Virus record (IMG/VR): IMGVR_UViG_3300013713_000001
Location: 128,001-192,000 of that record
From: a virus
Taxonomy: Duplodnaviria > Caudoviricetes
DNA: 64,000 nucleotides
Reading direction: 5' to 3' (one strand)
The notes beneath the pieces were generated by a model. That model had not been told where the DNA came from. It made no database searches and was given only the letters and a program-made list of their open reading frames with translations. Position 1 is the stretch's first letter. Every line of letters starts with the position of its first letter. The translations under genes and the position numbers were made by a program. This document shows positions 38,994 to 48,402 of the stretch, piece by piece.

Positions 38994-39656
38994 TTACTTG
39001 ACCGGCCAGGCGTTGCGAACGTTTTGCTGGAGCCGTTCGACGTAGGCTTCGCGCGACAGAGGATCGAGGTGCTTGAGGTACGCTTGGTGGGCTTGTACTT
39101 CGCTCGCTTCTTCGTCCGACATCGGTGGAACTTCTTCAGCGATGATGTTGCGCGCCGACTCGATGAGGCGGTTGGCACTGTCTTGCTCGACCAGGGGACT
39201 GAGGCTGAGGGTAGCCACGTTGCCGAGGTGGTTGCCCTTGACATTGACGCCGGTAGAGAACTTCGGATCAGTCACGAGCTTGTGGAACAGCAGGACTTCA
39301 CCGACTTTGTTCGCGAAGGTGATCGACGACAGGGCGAGGACGAGCTTGTCGGAGATGAACTGGTACTTGTCTTCGACGTCGTAGTCTTCGGCAGTCGTGT
39401 CCACGCCGGCTTCTTTGTCGACCTGTTCCATGACATCGAGAACGCTACGGATAGCGCTATCCATGTCCAGTTCGGGGTCGTTCATGTGGTAGTAGTCGTC
39501 GCCACTTGCTTCGATCATGGCGTCCGGGTTGTTGATCATCTCCTTGCCCGCCAGGGTAATGGCTTCGAGAAGAATGAAGTCCACCAGATGGGGGTTGATG
39601 TCCGCGTACAGTTCTTCGCGGGTATCCGGGTCCAGCTTAACGATAATGAACTCCAC
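38994..39656 (-). CDS. Acidic hypothetical protein
   Basis: 220 aa, high codon bias. Confidence 0.7.
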   Translation of the reverse strand: MEFIIVKLDPDTREELYADINPHLVDFILLEAITLAGKEMINNPDAMIEASGDDYYHMNDPELDMDSAIRSVLDVMEQVDKEAGVDTTAEDYDVEDKYQFISDKLVLALSSITFANKVGEVLLFHKLVTDPKFSTGVNVKGNHLGNVATLSLSPLVEQDSANRLIESARNIIAEEVPPMSDEEASEVQAHQAYLKHLDPLSREAYVERLQQNVRNAWPVK

Positions 39657-39657
39657 T

Positions 39658-40059
39658 TTAAACCTCGACAGTCAGCATGATGGCATGTTCAGTGGCGGAA
39701 CGCAGTTCCCACTTATGGCCTTGGTAGGGTTTGAGAGCAAAGAAATCTTCTTTGAACAAAGGATCCAGCTCAATACGATCGTAGAGGCTGTTCAGCTCCA
39801 TCGCCTCGGACTCGAAGTAATCGCGCTGCAACACCTCGGTATCGTAGAAAGGTGGTACCTTAATATGCTTCTGGAGTAACTCGGTCCGCATCTGCTTGAA
39901 GTCGAGGTTGTCCATGAAGGCACGGATCTTTTCAACCACCATGATCCTGAGGATAAAGGTCTTATCTGAGTTTTCCGTTGGCGAACCTGGAAGTCGGATG
40001 ATAAGGACCTTTACATTGGTTTTCGTTTCGGGGTCATAACGTTGAGTACCCATCAGCAT
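39658..40059 (-). CDS. Hypothetical protein
   Basis: 133 aa in the operon. Confidence 0.6.
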   Translation of the reverse strand: MLMGTQRYDPETKTNVKVLIIRLPGSPTENSDKTFILRIMVVEKIRAFMDNLDFKQMRTELLQKHIKVPPFYDTEVLQRDYFESEAMELNSLYDRIELDPLFKEDFFALKPYQGHKWELRSATEHAIMLTVEV

Positions 40060-40505
40060 TTAACTCCTTTGATAGAAAGCACCATGAAACCAGGGAGGTT
40101 ACGCACTACATCCCACCGCTCAATGCTGTAATTAGTGGCGATATTGTCCAGCACTGTTCGGTTGGCCTCCATGATCCCCTCGATCGATTCGAAGATTTCA
40201 AGCTCGTAGCCGAGGCGTGAGTCACCTGGGTTGGCTAACACGGCCCAGTACTCGTCTTCGCTTGAGGTAATGGCCGGCAACCCGTTCTTGTCGAACAGGT
40301 GGTCTTCCACAAAAGCTTCAACAAACTCTGGCTCGTGCCACTGCAATTCCTCAGTGCCCAAAGTAAAGGCACTTTTCTCGGACTTGCTAAAGCGAAAGAA
40401 ATCATCCAAACATTTAATCACGCCAATCTCACCGAGTGCACTGTTCGTGCCATTGCACTCGGTTCTTAACACTACCAGGAATTCACTGGTCAAATTAGGT
40501 AGCAT
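40053..40505 (-). CDS. Hypothetical protein
   Basis: 150 aa in the operon. Confidence 0.6.
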   Translation of the reverse strand: MLPNLTSEFLVVLRTECNGTNSALGEIGVIKCLDDFFRFSKSEKSAFTLGTEELQWHEPEFVEAFVEDHLFDKNGLPAITSSEDEYWAVLANPGDSRLGYELEIFESIEGIMEANRTVLDNIATNYSIERWDVVRNLPGFMVLSIKGVKC

Positions 40506-40540
40506 GTTAGATCACCCACAAAAAGAGGAAACGCTCCAGA

Positions 40541-42067
40541 TTACTCCAGAGCGCAGTCCAGGTTCATCCGCTTGAACGACTTGGACTTGGCCGCAAAAGC
40601 AGTTTTACGTTTGTCCATACACGCCAGGTGTTTATCAATGTCTACGCAGACCCCAAAGATGAAGGCAGGAGTAATCCTCCCATCAAACAGCTTGAGCAGT
40701 TCACGCAGACGACCGATCATCTGACGGTTGGTTTGTGTTGAAAACACCGTATGGCTACAGAATACACGTACCAGTCCCGGAATGTCTTTACCGGTACCGC
40801 AGCTACCCTGCGTCGTGAAGAGTATTTCGTGCTTCTTGTACTTCTCCTTGTCCTTCTCTTCACTGGCCAGGAACGTTTCCATATCCCATCCTGGATATTT
40901 CTTAAGGAAACGTTTTTGCATCTCTTTGCACATCTGCTTACGAGAGAAGAAGAACAGGGCTTTCGTTCCCTCCTCCCGGATTGGGACGTACCACTCTTCA
41001 AACGCCTTGTACCAGAGTTCAAAGAAGAAATCAGTCAATTCCTTCGAGGCGAGAATGCTTTCCTCAAAGACCTTGTCATCATAGGCCCCATAACGCTCCC
41101 ACTTGACCTTGTGCTTGCGCAGGTTGATCTTGTAGAGGTAGGCTATGGTGTCGATGTAATGTTGCGCATTCGCTTCCCTGAGGCGTGTAGCGACTGGATA
41201 CAGCCACTCGTAGACCCGGTTAACAAAGGCATCATCTGATCTCAGTGTGGCAGACAAGACGTAGGTCATCTTCAGGTTGCCGTACATCAGTGAAGAGAAC
41301 ACTTGGTGGATAGCCTCGTGACCTTCTTCAATAATGCGGGTACCTGGTCGAATCGCTCTAAAGACGTCATCCAAGTCCAGTGGCTCTGGGATCTCCTTCT
41401 TCCGGAGGAAGGGTTCAATCCGAGACATGGGCAGGATCACGATCTTTGGGTTCACCGTGCCGTTGTTAAAGGCATCGACCAACTTTGGCAAGGGGTGTTC
41501 CCACACTAACAAATCACCAGGTTCCAGCTTAAGGAACTTGTTGAGCTCCCCTCGCCAGATGGGGATGTACCGCGGGGCCATGGTGATCACGGTACGATAG
41601 CCACGTTTAGCCATCGCATAGATCGACATGTAACCCTTACCACCCCCTGTGTTATCGTTGTTGATCTTCAGGTAGCCATCAGTCAACATGTAATCTGTCC
41701 ACTCAACCTGGTTAGGCCGGGGGACATCGAAACCGTCCTGGAAGGTAAAGTCTACCTTAACAGGTTCAATGATGGGTTCTTCAACAATGGTCATACGACC
41801 ACGGTCATAACCTCGGTAAACAGCAAACTCCAAGAACTGGTTCAACAGACTTGAAGAGAAACGGTACTCGGTCTTGTCGTGGTTAGAACGGGCAAAGACA
41901 TGATCAATGACACGTTCCATCTGACGGGTCTGGCCGTTAGGACGCATTCCCATCTGGTACATGTGAATCCGGCAAAACGGTTTTATAACGTTTGTAACAA
42001 ATTCCGGATGGTAATCAAAGATCCTTAGGTAGTGATACCCTTTACTAATCGTGACTGTCTTACGCAT
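40541..42067 (-). CDS. SF2 (UvsW/Rad25-like) helicase (phiKZ gp75-like)
   Basis: Q motif PRPNQ, Walker A TGGGKG, IEEGH, LSAT, GTGKDIPGL, QMIGRLR. Confidence 0.85.
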   Translation of the reverse strand: MRKTVTISKGYHYLRIFDYHPEFVTNVIKPFCRIHMYQMGMRPNGQTRQMERVIDHVFARSNHDKTEYRFSSSLLNQFLEFAVYRGYDRGRMTIVEEPIIEPVKVDFTFQDGFDVPRPNQVEWTDYMLTDGYLKINNDNTGGGKGYMSIYAMAKRGYRTVITMAPRYIPIWRGELNKFLKLEPGDLLVWEHPLPKLVDAFNNGTVNPKIVILPMSRIEPFLRKKEIPEPLDLDDVFRAIRPGTRIIEEGHEAIHQVFSSLMYGNLKMTYVLSATLRSDDAFVNRVYEWLYPVATRLREANAQHYIDTIAYLYKINLRKHKVKWERYGAYDDKVFEESILASKELTDFFFELWYKAFEEWYVPIREEGTKALFFFSRKQMCKEMQKRFLKKYPGWDMETFLASEEKDKEKYKKHEILFTTQGSCGTGKDIPGLVRVFCSHTVFSTQTNRQMIGRLRELLKLFDGRITPAFIFGVCVDIDKHLACMDKRKTAFAAKSKSFKRMNLDCALE

Positions 42068-42143
42068 AACGACCTCTTAAGTCGGTGGGAGGAGCCCCCT
42101 TTCGAGAGCTCCATCCGGTTTAAGCAGCCGCTAAACTGAAAGG

Positions 42144-44159
42144 TTATCCAACACCTAGACTAAAGAAACTTTCCAACGGGCTACCTTGACGGTTGACCAT
42201 ACGGAAGGTTTTCATCTTGTTCAGCACGTTCTGCTGTCGCTCGTAGATCATCAGGTGACCAATACCACGGCCCACTACGCACTCCTCAAAGCTCGAGAAG
42301 TACTTGGGTACATCGCCGGGTGGAATGGAAGCGTCGATACCGCCTGGAGTTGCTGTCAAACAGCAGTACAACATGACCTCCGGGTGCACGATGTTGATCC
42401 CCTTGATCTCTTGCGCGATAAGTGACCAGTACTCGGTCAGTACCTCGCCAAAGACCTTTGGTGTAACCACCTGATTTTTCCACGTGGAGTTACGCTTGCT
42501 AAAGGTGATGAAACTCTCTACACGAGCACGGTGAGCATCCAAGTCTTCGCGGATGAACGGAAGGCTAAACACAGGCTCCAGTACATTCCAGTGACTCAGG
42601 TCGATCTTGATATGCTTCTTCCCAAGGGTATCCCAGCCGTGTTCCAACACATACCGGAGGAATTCCAAAGAGAACCGTGCTTTACGAGAGGAGATCGATG
42701 TATGGGCAGCGTGTTGCTGGATCGTTTTACCGCCCATCATGATATCTTCAACCGCATAACGGAAGGTCACTTCAGCAAAGTAAGGCAGCTTCTCCAGACT
42801 CACGGCGCTCAGATCACCCAAGGAACGGATGTCCGATAGGACGTTAACAATGTCTGCTCCCAAGACCATGTCACAACCAGGTTCGATGACCTCGGGATTC
42901 AAGAAGATCTCATCGCCATTACTGGAGATGATATTCGTGTCCCGCTTGTGCGGAACGAACTGCCGTGTGATCGCATTCCTGATGAAGTGTTTAGTGGAGA
43001 GCATCCCCTGACCCATTGGGTTACAGATAGAGGTAGCCGACCACATACCCACGTTAGCAATCTTGTCCATCATCTGGTTAAACGGGATCGACGTTGCCAT
43101 CATCCCGTAACATGTTCCACAAGGAACCCCGCTATCACGAGAGTTACAGAACGCAATCGAACGAACGTAGACCGTTTCCCCTACCTTGATATCCCAGACA
43201 TTCTCGTTGTCAATGAGCTCGAGGTTACCTGCTGGCATCTCACGCCATTTACCTCTGAGGCCCATGGCCACGTTCATGTTGGCGATCTTGATAGGAACAC
43301 AGATCCTTGTTCCACAATCCCAACCGAATTGCATGCCACGCACAACTGCGGTCAAGATATGGGTCTTGCGGTGGAATAACTCTGAATCCTTCAACGCTTT
43401 ACCGTTGTTGGTCAGGGCTTTACCCGAGGCGTTTTTCTCACCCAGGGAGTCCGCCAGGTTGGTGATGCCGTGTGCATAAGGTACCGACACAGCGTTAGGG
43501 TGAATCGTGTTGTTCAAGCTAAACACGCCACCCCGCATCACAGACAACTGATACGCCTGGTTGACACTCACGCCACCGGTCCTGGCAAGCATCGCCATGA
43601 CGTTATGGTCAAGACTCTCGGCCGACTTGATGTGGGCGTTAAACTTCTCTTCGCCTTCATCAATCGAGATCTTCTTGTTGAGGATCTCGTCACGGATCTC
43701 CATGACCCCTTCATCCGCCATGAGGTCACCGACGGATTCAGCCGAGGCCGACAACGAGGAACCTTCGCCCATTACTACAGACTGGTTATGTAACTTATTT
43801 TGCCAGATGTGAATCAGACGCTTGATGTCATCGATCTCCTTGAGGTTCCTAATCCCAGGGAGCAGCTTCGCCAGCATGTAGTTGATAGGGATCGCCTGGA
43901 CGTCATCGTCGTAGGTAATCATCTTGCCTTTGTTGGCTTCTACCTTATTCGACGGGATCAGCTCCTTGACCGAATAAGGGATGTGGTCATAGTGACGGTG
44001 AATGATCAACCCCAACCAGGTCAACATCAGGACGTAGGTGTCAGAATCAACACTTACGCCCTCATCGTCGGTCACCGTTACCGGGCAGCGGTAGCCTCGC
44101 CAACGCAGCATCACTTCTTCAGGCAGATTGGCCCATTCGCGAAGACTGACCTGCATCAT
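42144..44159 (-). CDS. Non-virion RNA polymerase beta' C-terminal subunit (phiKZ gp74-like)
   Basis: Bridge helix ALKDSELFHRK, DCGT, RSIAFC...CGTCYG Zn site, trigger-loop-like QGMLSTKH. Confidence 0.85.
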   Translation of the reverse strand: MMQVSLREWANLPEEVMLRWRGYRCPVTVTDDEGVSVDSDTYVLMLTWLGLIIHRHYDHIPYSVKELIPSNKVEANKGKMITYDDDVQAIPINYMLAKLLPGIRNLKEIDDIKRLIHIWQNKLHNQSVVMGEGSSLSASAESVGDLMADEGVMEIRDEILNKKISIDEGEEKFNAHIKSAESLDHNVMAMLARTGGVSVNQAYQLSVMRGGVFSLNNTIHPNAVSVPYAHGITNLADSLGEKNASGKALTNNGKALKDSELFHRKTHILTAVVRGMQFGWDCGTRICVPIKIANMNVAMGLRGKWREMPAGNLELIDNENVWDIKVGETVYVRSIAFCNSRDSGVPCGTCYGMMATSIPFNQMMDKIANVGMWSATSICNPMGQGMLSTKHFIRNAITRQFVPHKRDTNIISSNGDEIFLNPEVIEPGCDMVLGADIVNVLSDIRSLGDLSAVSLEKLPYFAEVTFRYAVEDIMMGGKTIQQHAAHTSISSRKARFSLEFLRYVLEHGWDTLGKKHIKIDLSHWNVLEPVFSLPFIREDLDAHRARVESFITFSKRNSTWKNQVVTPKVFGEVLTEYWSLIAQEIKGINIVHPEVMLYCCLTATPGGIDASIPPGDVPKYFSSFEECVVGRGIGHLMIYERQQNVLNKMKTFRMVNRQGSPLESFFSLGVG

Positions 44160-46411
44160 GAAGGAGTGTCCTCAGGTTGATTCTTTTTAAGTTCGGCTTC
44201 CTTGGCACTCAGCTCAGACAGGAGACCACCCAATCGGCTCTCATTGTAGCCTTGGAGATGTTCGTAGCTGACACGGTCACTCGGTCGTTCATGCCGCAAC
44301 GATAGCCCCGAGTCTTTCATCATGCTGACGGACATGTTCAATGCGCGGTTATTCACATATTCCTCCGGCTTAATAATCTGAGGGATATTCAATGGGTCGT
44401 TAGCCCTTACCCAGCGTCGAACTGCACTGATGCGGTTCTCAGGCGAATACGCAAGCGACAACAGTTTCACCACCTCTTGACCACCCGACTGACTGGTTAC
44501 CCAGCGACCCTCGGTCTCGGCGGTGTTCTTGTTGTTCTTGTCGTTCATCGGCAACCCATAACGGTCCGAGTCACTCATCTTCGCCGCCATACCAAAGAGG
44601 TTAGACTTTGGCATGCACTGCGCACTCATGTCGCTACCGAACTTATCCAAGAGGATGAGGTCCTGCACGCTGATCATGATGGGGTTGGCTGTCTCTTGCA
44701 GTTCACCCAAGGAGTTGACCCAGGTTGCTTTCTGGGGCTGGTACTTGTAACGCTCGCGTAGCTTGTTAATAAGGTTGACGCCAAACAACTTCGAGTTACT
44801 GAGAACGTGGATGGAAATGTTCTTCTTGCTGACGTTGTCAATGTACTCGATCATGTCCTCTTCTTCCTCAGTCGCCAATTTAAACATCTCGGCGAACTCA
44901 GGGAAGCCCTGATCAAAGTACTCCATCAACTTCCGGTGTGCCGTGCGATAGTCGCCTTGCTTGCGCAGGTGCTGCACTTCACGGTGGATGTGCATGGTCA
45001 GGAAGTTGATACTCAACTCCAGCAACAATGCGTAGATCTGACGACGGAAGGCCGGAATGTTGTTAAGGATCACCTCGGCAGTTGTTCCATCCGCATAACG
45101 CGGTGCGTGGCTATCCGGAATGATCTGAATGACCACACCCTTGTCACCGTTCAACCCTGACAGTTTCCACTTGACCCGACCGGTCATGCGCTGCTTGAGT
45201 TCAATGGTGACGTTCCAGTCCTTGTACTTCTCCCGCTTGATCGAACGATACAGTGGGTTGGTGCGACCGGAGCGATTGGTGTAGTTACCGTAGGCTTCAC
45301 GGATAAAGGTGTTGAGCTTGTGGGTCATGGCAATCTTGCCGTCACGACTCAAGCGAACCTTACCTTCGTACCACTGCAGGACCGCGTTCCACATCTCGTT
45401 ACGCCGACGCTCGTAACGGTCCAGCATCTGGTTGTGACGCTGGGGGATGTAGGTGGTGTTGCGGTTGTTGGCTTTGTTCTTGCTCCGATCCGAGTCCACA
45501 TGAACCGCTTTAACTTCACAGTCCCGTGGCGCATAGAGCAAGTGATCGTAGGTGGGGTCAGGTTCACGCAAGGCCTTCTTGGTAAGACTGACCAGTGCGT
45601 TCTCCTTGATCCGTTTCCGGAAGCCCATCACGATACCGTCTGAACGAATCGGTTCACCTGGTGCTGGGAAGGGGGATGGGTTCTCATCGGTGCCGTACAG
45701 CATCAATGGAATGTACTCGTCTTCGTTCCAGTTGAAGGCGCGGGTGTGTTTAAACATGCACGCACATCGCTCAGCAAACGACTCGGTGATAACGATGCCG
45801 TCCTCTTCCGTCCGGTGGTCGGAATAAGCGGCTACCCGTGTCGGCATGGAGAAGCGCCAGATGCCGTCTTCGTCGATCCGTGGGCTCTGGGCAAAGATAG
45901 TGCCTTTCGGCAACCAAGCGCCTTGCTTAAGCTTGCGCAGGACGTCTTTGTCATAGACGTACTCCCAGCCCACGCTTGTGTTCTGGGTGTGGTAGGTGGG
46001 AAGTTCGAGAAGGTCGTACGCGTTCTTCTCATCGTTCTTGTAAATGATGTAGGTCGGTTGCCAATCGTCGCTGTTCTTTTCCGAATCCAAGCTCTGGATG
46101 TAGAAGAGTTCCTCAACGATCATGTTGCTGGGAGCGACCACCTTGCGTGATGTCTTGCCGTACTTCCGTTCGTTACCACTCATGAGCCAACGAACATCCG
46201 CACCTTCGGTCGGTACAGACTTGGGAATCATGTTACCGGCCATGTACATACGACCAGCCGAGCTGCACATGGGGAAAACAATCAAGTTACTACTAACACC
46301 AATCAGCGCTGGGTGCAGTTGGTTCTCACCGCATTCGTACTTGTAACGAACACCATCTGCAATACCCGTTAAGTTAAATTCGAACTCATTCATTAAAGAC
46401 CTCTTAGACAT
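44156..46411 (-). CDS. Non-virion RNA polymerase beta C-terminal subunit (phiKZ gp71-73-like)
   Basis: SSAGRMYM, TEEDGIVITESFA, KLSGLNGDKGVV, EVILN; probable start ATG 46393 (GAGG RBS). Confidence 0.88.
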   Translation of the reverse strand: MSKRSLMNEFEFNLTGIADGVRYKYECGENQLHPALIGVSSNLIVFPMCSSAGRMYMAGNMIPKSVPTEGADVRWLMSGNERKYGKTSRKVVAPSNMIVEELFYIQSLDSEKNSDDWQPTYIIYKNDEKNAYDLLELPTYHTQNTSVGWEYVYDKDVLRKLKQGAWLPKGTIFAQSPRIDEDGIWRFSMPTRVAAYSDHRTEEDGIVITESFAERCACMFKHTRAFNWNEDEYIPLMLYGTDENPSPFPAPGEPIRSDGIVMGFRKRIKENALVSLTKKALREPDPTYDHLLYAPRDCEVKAVHVDSDRSKNKANNRNTTYIPQRHNQMLDRYERRRNEMWNAVLQWYEGKVRLSRDGKIAMTHKLNTFIREAYGNYTNRSGRTNPLYRSIKREKYKDWNVTIELKQRMTGRVKWKLSGLNGDKGVVIQIIPDSHAPRYADGTTAEVILNNIPAFRRQIYALLLELSINFLTMHIHREVQHLRKQGDYRTAHRKLMEYFDQGFPEFAEMFKLATEEEEDMIEYIDNVSKKNISIHVLSNSKLFGVNLINKLRERYKYQPQKATWVNSLGELQETANPIMISVQDLILLDKFGSDMSAQCMPKSNLFGMAAKMSDSDRYGLPMNDKNNKNTAETEGRWVTSQSGGQEVVKLLSLAYSPENRISAVRRWVRANDPLNIPQIIKPEEYVNNRALNMSVSMMKDSGLSLRHERPSDRVSYEHLQGYNESRLGGLLSELSAKEAELKKNQPEDTPS

Positions 46412-46430
46412 CAGGGTATAGGTTCAGAAA

Positions 46431-46447
46431 GATAATATAGGTTTAAA
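46431..46447 (-). promoter_or_regulatory. Putative early promoter
   Basis: Minus strand TTTAAACCTATATTATC just upstream of the nvRNAP beta gene. Confidence 0.7.
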
Positions 46448-46475
46448 TTATCTTGACCCTACTGAAAGGTTACTT

Positions 46476-46805
46476 ATGCCCATTGCCAACAATGACTTTA
46501 GCAACGGTAAGGACGTCTTCTATACCGAACGATACAAAACACTGGTTCGTTCGGAGCTGGAGTTGATTCGCAAGGAGGCTTCGTATTTTCCCAACGTGAT
46601 TCCCGCTGTACAGCAAGCGTACAAGAATGACTTCTATCGCTTGTTGCGTTCGTTGGGGGTTCCTTCCTATCTGTGGTGGACAACCGCCTACATCAATGGA
46701 ATTACTGATCCCTTTGAAGACATCAGTGGCTTGACCCTGATCTACCAGGTAAGCGAAGATGCATTAAACGCGCGCATTGCACGTAATAATACATCCAGAG
46801 CATAA
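46476..46805 (+). CDS. Small protein, possible LysM / T4 gp53-like baseplate component
   Basis: 109 aa; YLWWTTAYINGITDPF resembles the gp53/LysM W-x5-N-x-I-x-DP pattern. Confidence 0.5.
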   Translation: MPIANNDFSNGKDVFYTERYKTLVRSELELIRKEASYFPNVIPAVQQAYKNDFYRLLRSLGVPSYLWWTTAYINGITDPFEDISGLTLIYQVSEDALNARIARNNTSRA

Positions 46806-46828
46806 AAATAGTGGGAAAGGACAAAAAA

Positions 46829-46863
46829 TAATAACCAGCAGGGTCGCCCCCTGCTGGTTATTA
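46829..46863. terminator. Bidirectional terminator hairpin
   Basis: TAATAACCAGCAGGG-TCGCC-CCCTGCTGGTTATTA between convergent genes. Confidence 0.8.
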
Positions 46864-46873
46864 ATGCTACCTG

Positions 46874-48394
46874 TTAACCCCAGGAAGGGCTGTTACCAAA
46901 ACCGCTGTTGCCACCGTTGTCCAAGTTCGTCACGCTTGGGGTCCCGGTTGGCATGACCGGAGTTGGCATCATCTGCTGGAGCTGGGACGGATGGATGATC
47001 TGGCCGTTAGGCAGCTGGATCAGTCCGTTAGGCAGCTGGATCGGCTGACCGCCCATGCCCATCATCCCGTTCATGCCACCCATGCCGGCCATGTTCCCCA
47101 TGCCGCCAAAGCCCATGTTCATGCCACCGTACATGGCTGCACCGGCGTTCGGGTTAGGGGTTTGACGTTCGAGGAACGAACCCTGGCGAGTACAGATGTA
47201 CATGACCGGCAGGTTCGTGAGGGTATCGATCCCGTAGTGAGTGACGCGGCCCTGGTGGAAGTTGCACTCGTAACGGGTCAGGCGGTCCGTATGGAGTACT
47301 TGTGGTGGTGGGGTGATAACAAAGCCGGTGTTCGGATCGATGTTCTGACCCGACGGCTGAGTCGACGACCCCGGTGCGGCGTGCGACGGCGCCTGATGGA
47401 CGTTGCTGCTCACCGACATCAACCCAGCGAAGTCCTGACGACCAGCCGCCTGGTGGATCGTTTCGTCGTGGGTGTTGTGGGTGTTGTAGTCCATCTTTGG
47501 AACCTGCTTGTACCACTCGGGCAGGTTTTCCAGATCTTCGGTCCAGTTCAGGTTGACCGGGTAGATGCCCGCTTTCGCGAACTCGCTCCGGAAGGTGCTC
47601 TGGATCTTGTTGATCTGCTCGGCCACGTCGGCGTAGCAGTTGAGGTACGAGATCAGACGTGCAGCGATCGGACTGTTCGCTTCATGCACATGGTCGTCAG
47701 GTGACAGCACGGCTGGGACGATGTACTGGAACAGGTGGATAGCCAACTTGACCGCGGCGCGGGAGACGCTGTGGTTGTTGATCTCGATCTGCTGGTTGTC
47801 GGTCTTGCCTTCGGTACGGGCGATACGGCGAACCAGTTCGTTATAGAACGGGAACTCCGGCTTCGTCGTGTAGTAGACCTTGTCGCCCGAGGTCTTCGAC
47901 AGCTTGCCGCTGGACTTGTTCGTCTTGAAGTGCACGAAGCGGTTGTCCAGGCCGTTCTCTTCGACTTCCACATGCAGCCGACCGAAGAGGTCTTGGACTT
48001 CGCGAATGACCGGACCCTTGGCGCCCTTGAGGGGTTCCAGTAGATCCAGAACGCGCTGGCTCCAGGAGTTCTTTGGCTTGTTGCCGGCGACTGGAAAGAG
48101 GACCGGTGGGATCGAACGGAAGGCGTTCAGCAGGCGCAGGGAGGTTACCTTGCGGACCACTTTGAACACTTCGGTTTCTTTCGAGGTGATGTCTTCGCAC
48201 GCAGGGTGGAAGAAGACCTTGCCGACTGCCACTTCGTCGAGCACGTCAGTCGTTGGCAGGTAGAGGTTCATCCCGTCGATGGTGATCGGGTATTCTTTCC
48301 CGTCGAGGTCCAGCAGGATCTTGCCGTCCGTCTTGACGACCGTGTTCCAGGACATGAGCATGTCCTTGTACAGCTTGTTCAGTTCATTCATCAC
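46874..48394 (-). CDS. Conserved nucleus-block protein (phiKZ gp70-like) with low-complexity C-terminus
   Basis: 506 aa, FFHPACED motif, directly downstream of the PicA-like gene; G/M/N/Q/P-rich tail. Confidence 0.65.
   Translation of the reverse strand: MMNELNKLYKDMLMSWNTVVKTDGKILLDLDGKEYPITIDGMNLYLPTTDVLDEVAVGKVFFHPACEDITSKETEVFKVVRKVTSLRLLNAFRSIPPVLFPVAGNKPKNSWSQRVLDLLEPLKGAKGPVIREVQDLFGRLHVEVEENGLDNRFVHFKTNKSSGKLSKTSGDKVYYTTKPEFPFYNELVRRIARTEGKTDNQQIEINNHSVSRAAVKLAIHLFQYIVPAVLSPDDHVHEANSPIAARLISYLNCYADVAEQINKIQSTFRSEFAKAGIYPVNLNWTEDLENLPEWYKQVPKMDYNTHNTHDETIHQAAGRQDFAGLMSVSSNVHQAPSHAAPGSSTQPSGQNIDPNTGFVITPPPQVLHTDRLTRYECNFHQGRVTHYGIDTLTNLPVMYICTRQGSFLERQTPNPNAGAAMYGGMNMGFGGMGNMAGMGGMNGMMGMGGQPIQLPNGLIQLPNGQIIHPSQLQQMMPTPVMPTGTPSVTNLDNGGNSGFGNSPSWG
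47004..47041. repeat. Direct repeat (17 bp x2, 21-bp period) encoding IQLPNG twice
   Basis: CCGTTAGGCAGCTGGAT at 47004-47020 and 47025-47041. Confidence 0.85.
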
Positions 48395-48402
48395 TGATCA
48401 CC

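Noticed and set aside
42085-42118. Possible terminator between beta'-C and the SF2 helicase
   Set aside because: The stem is short and imperfect (GGAGC...GCTCC), too weak to call
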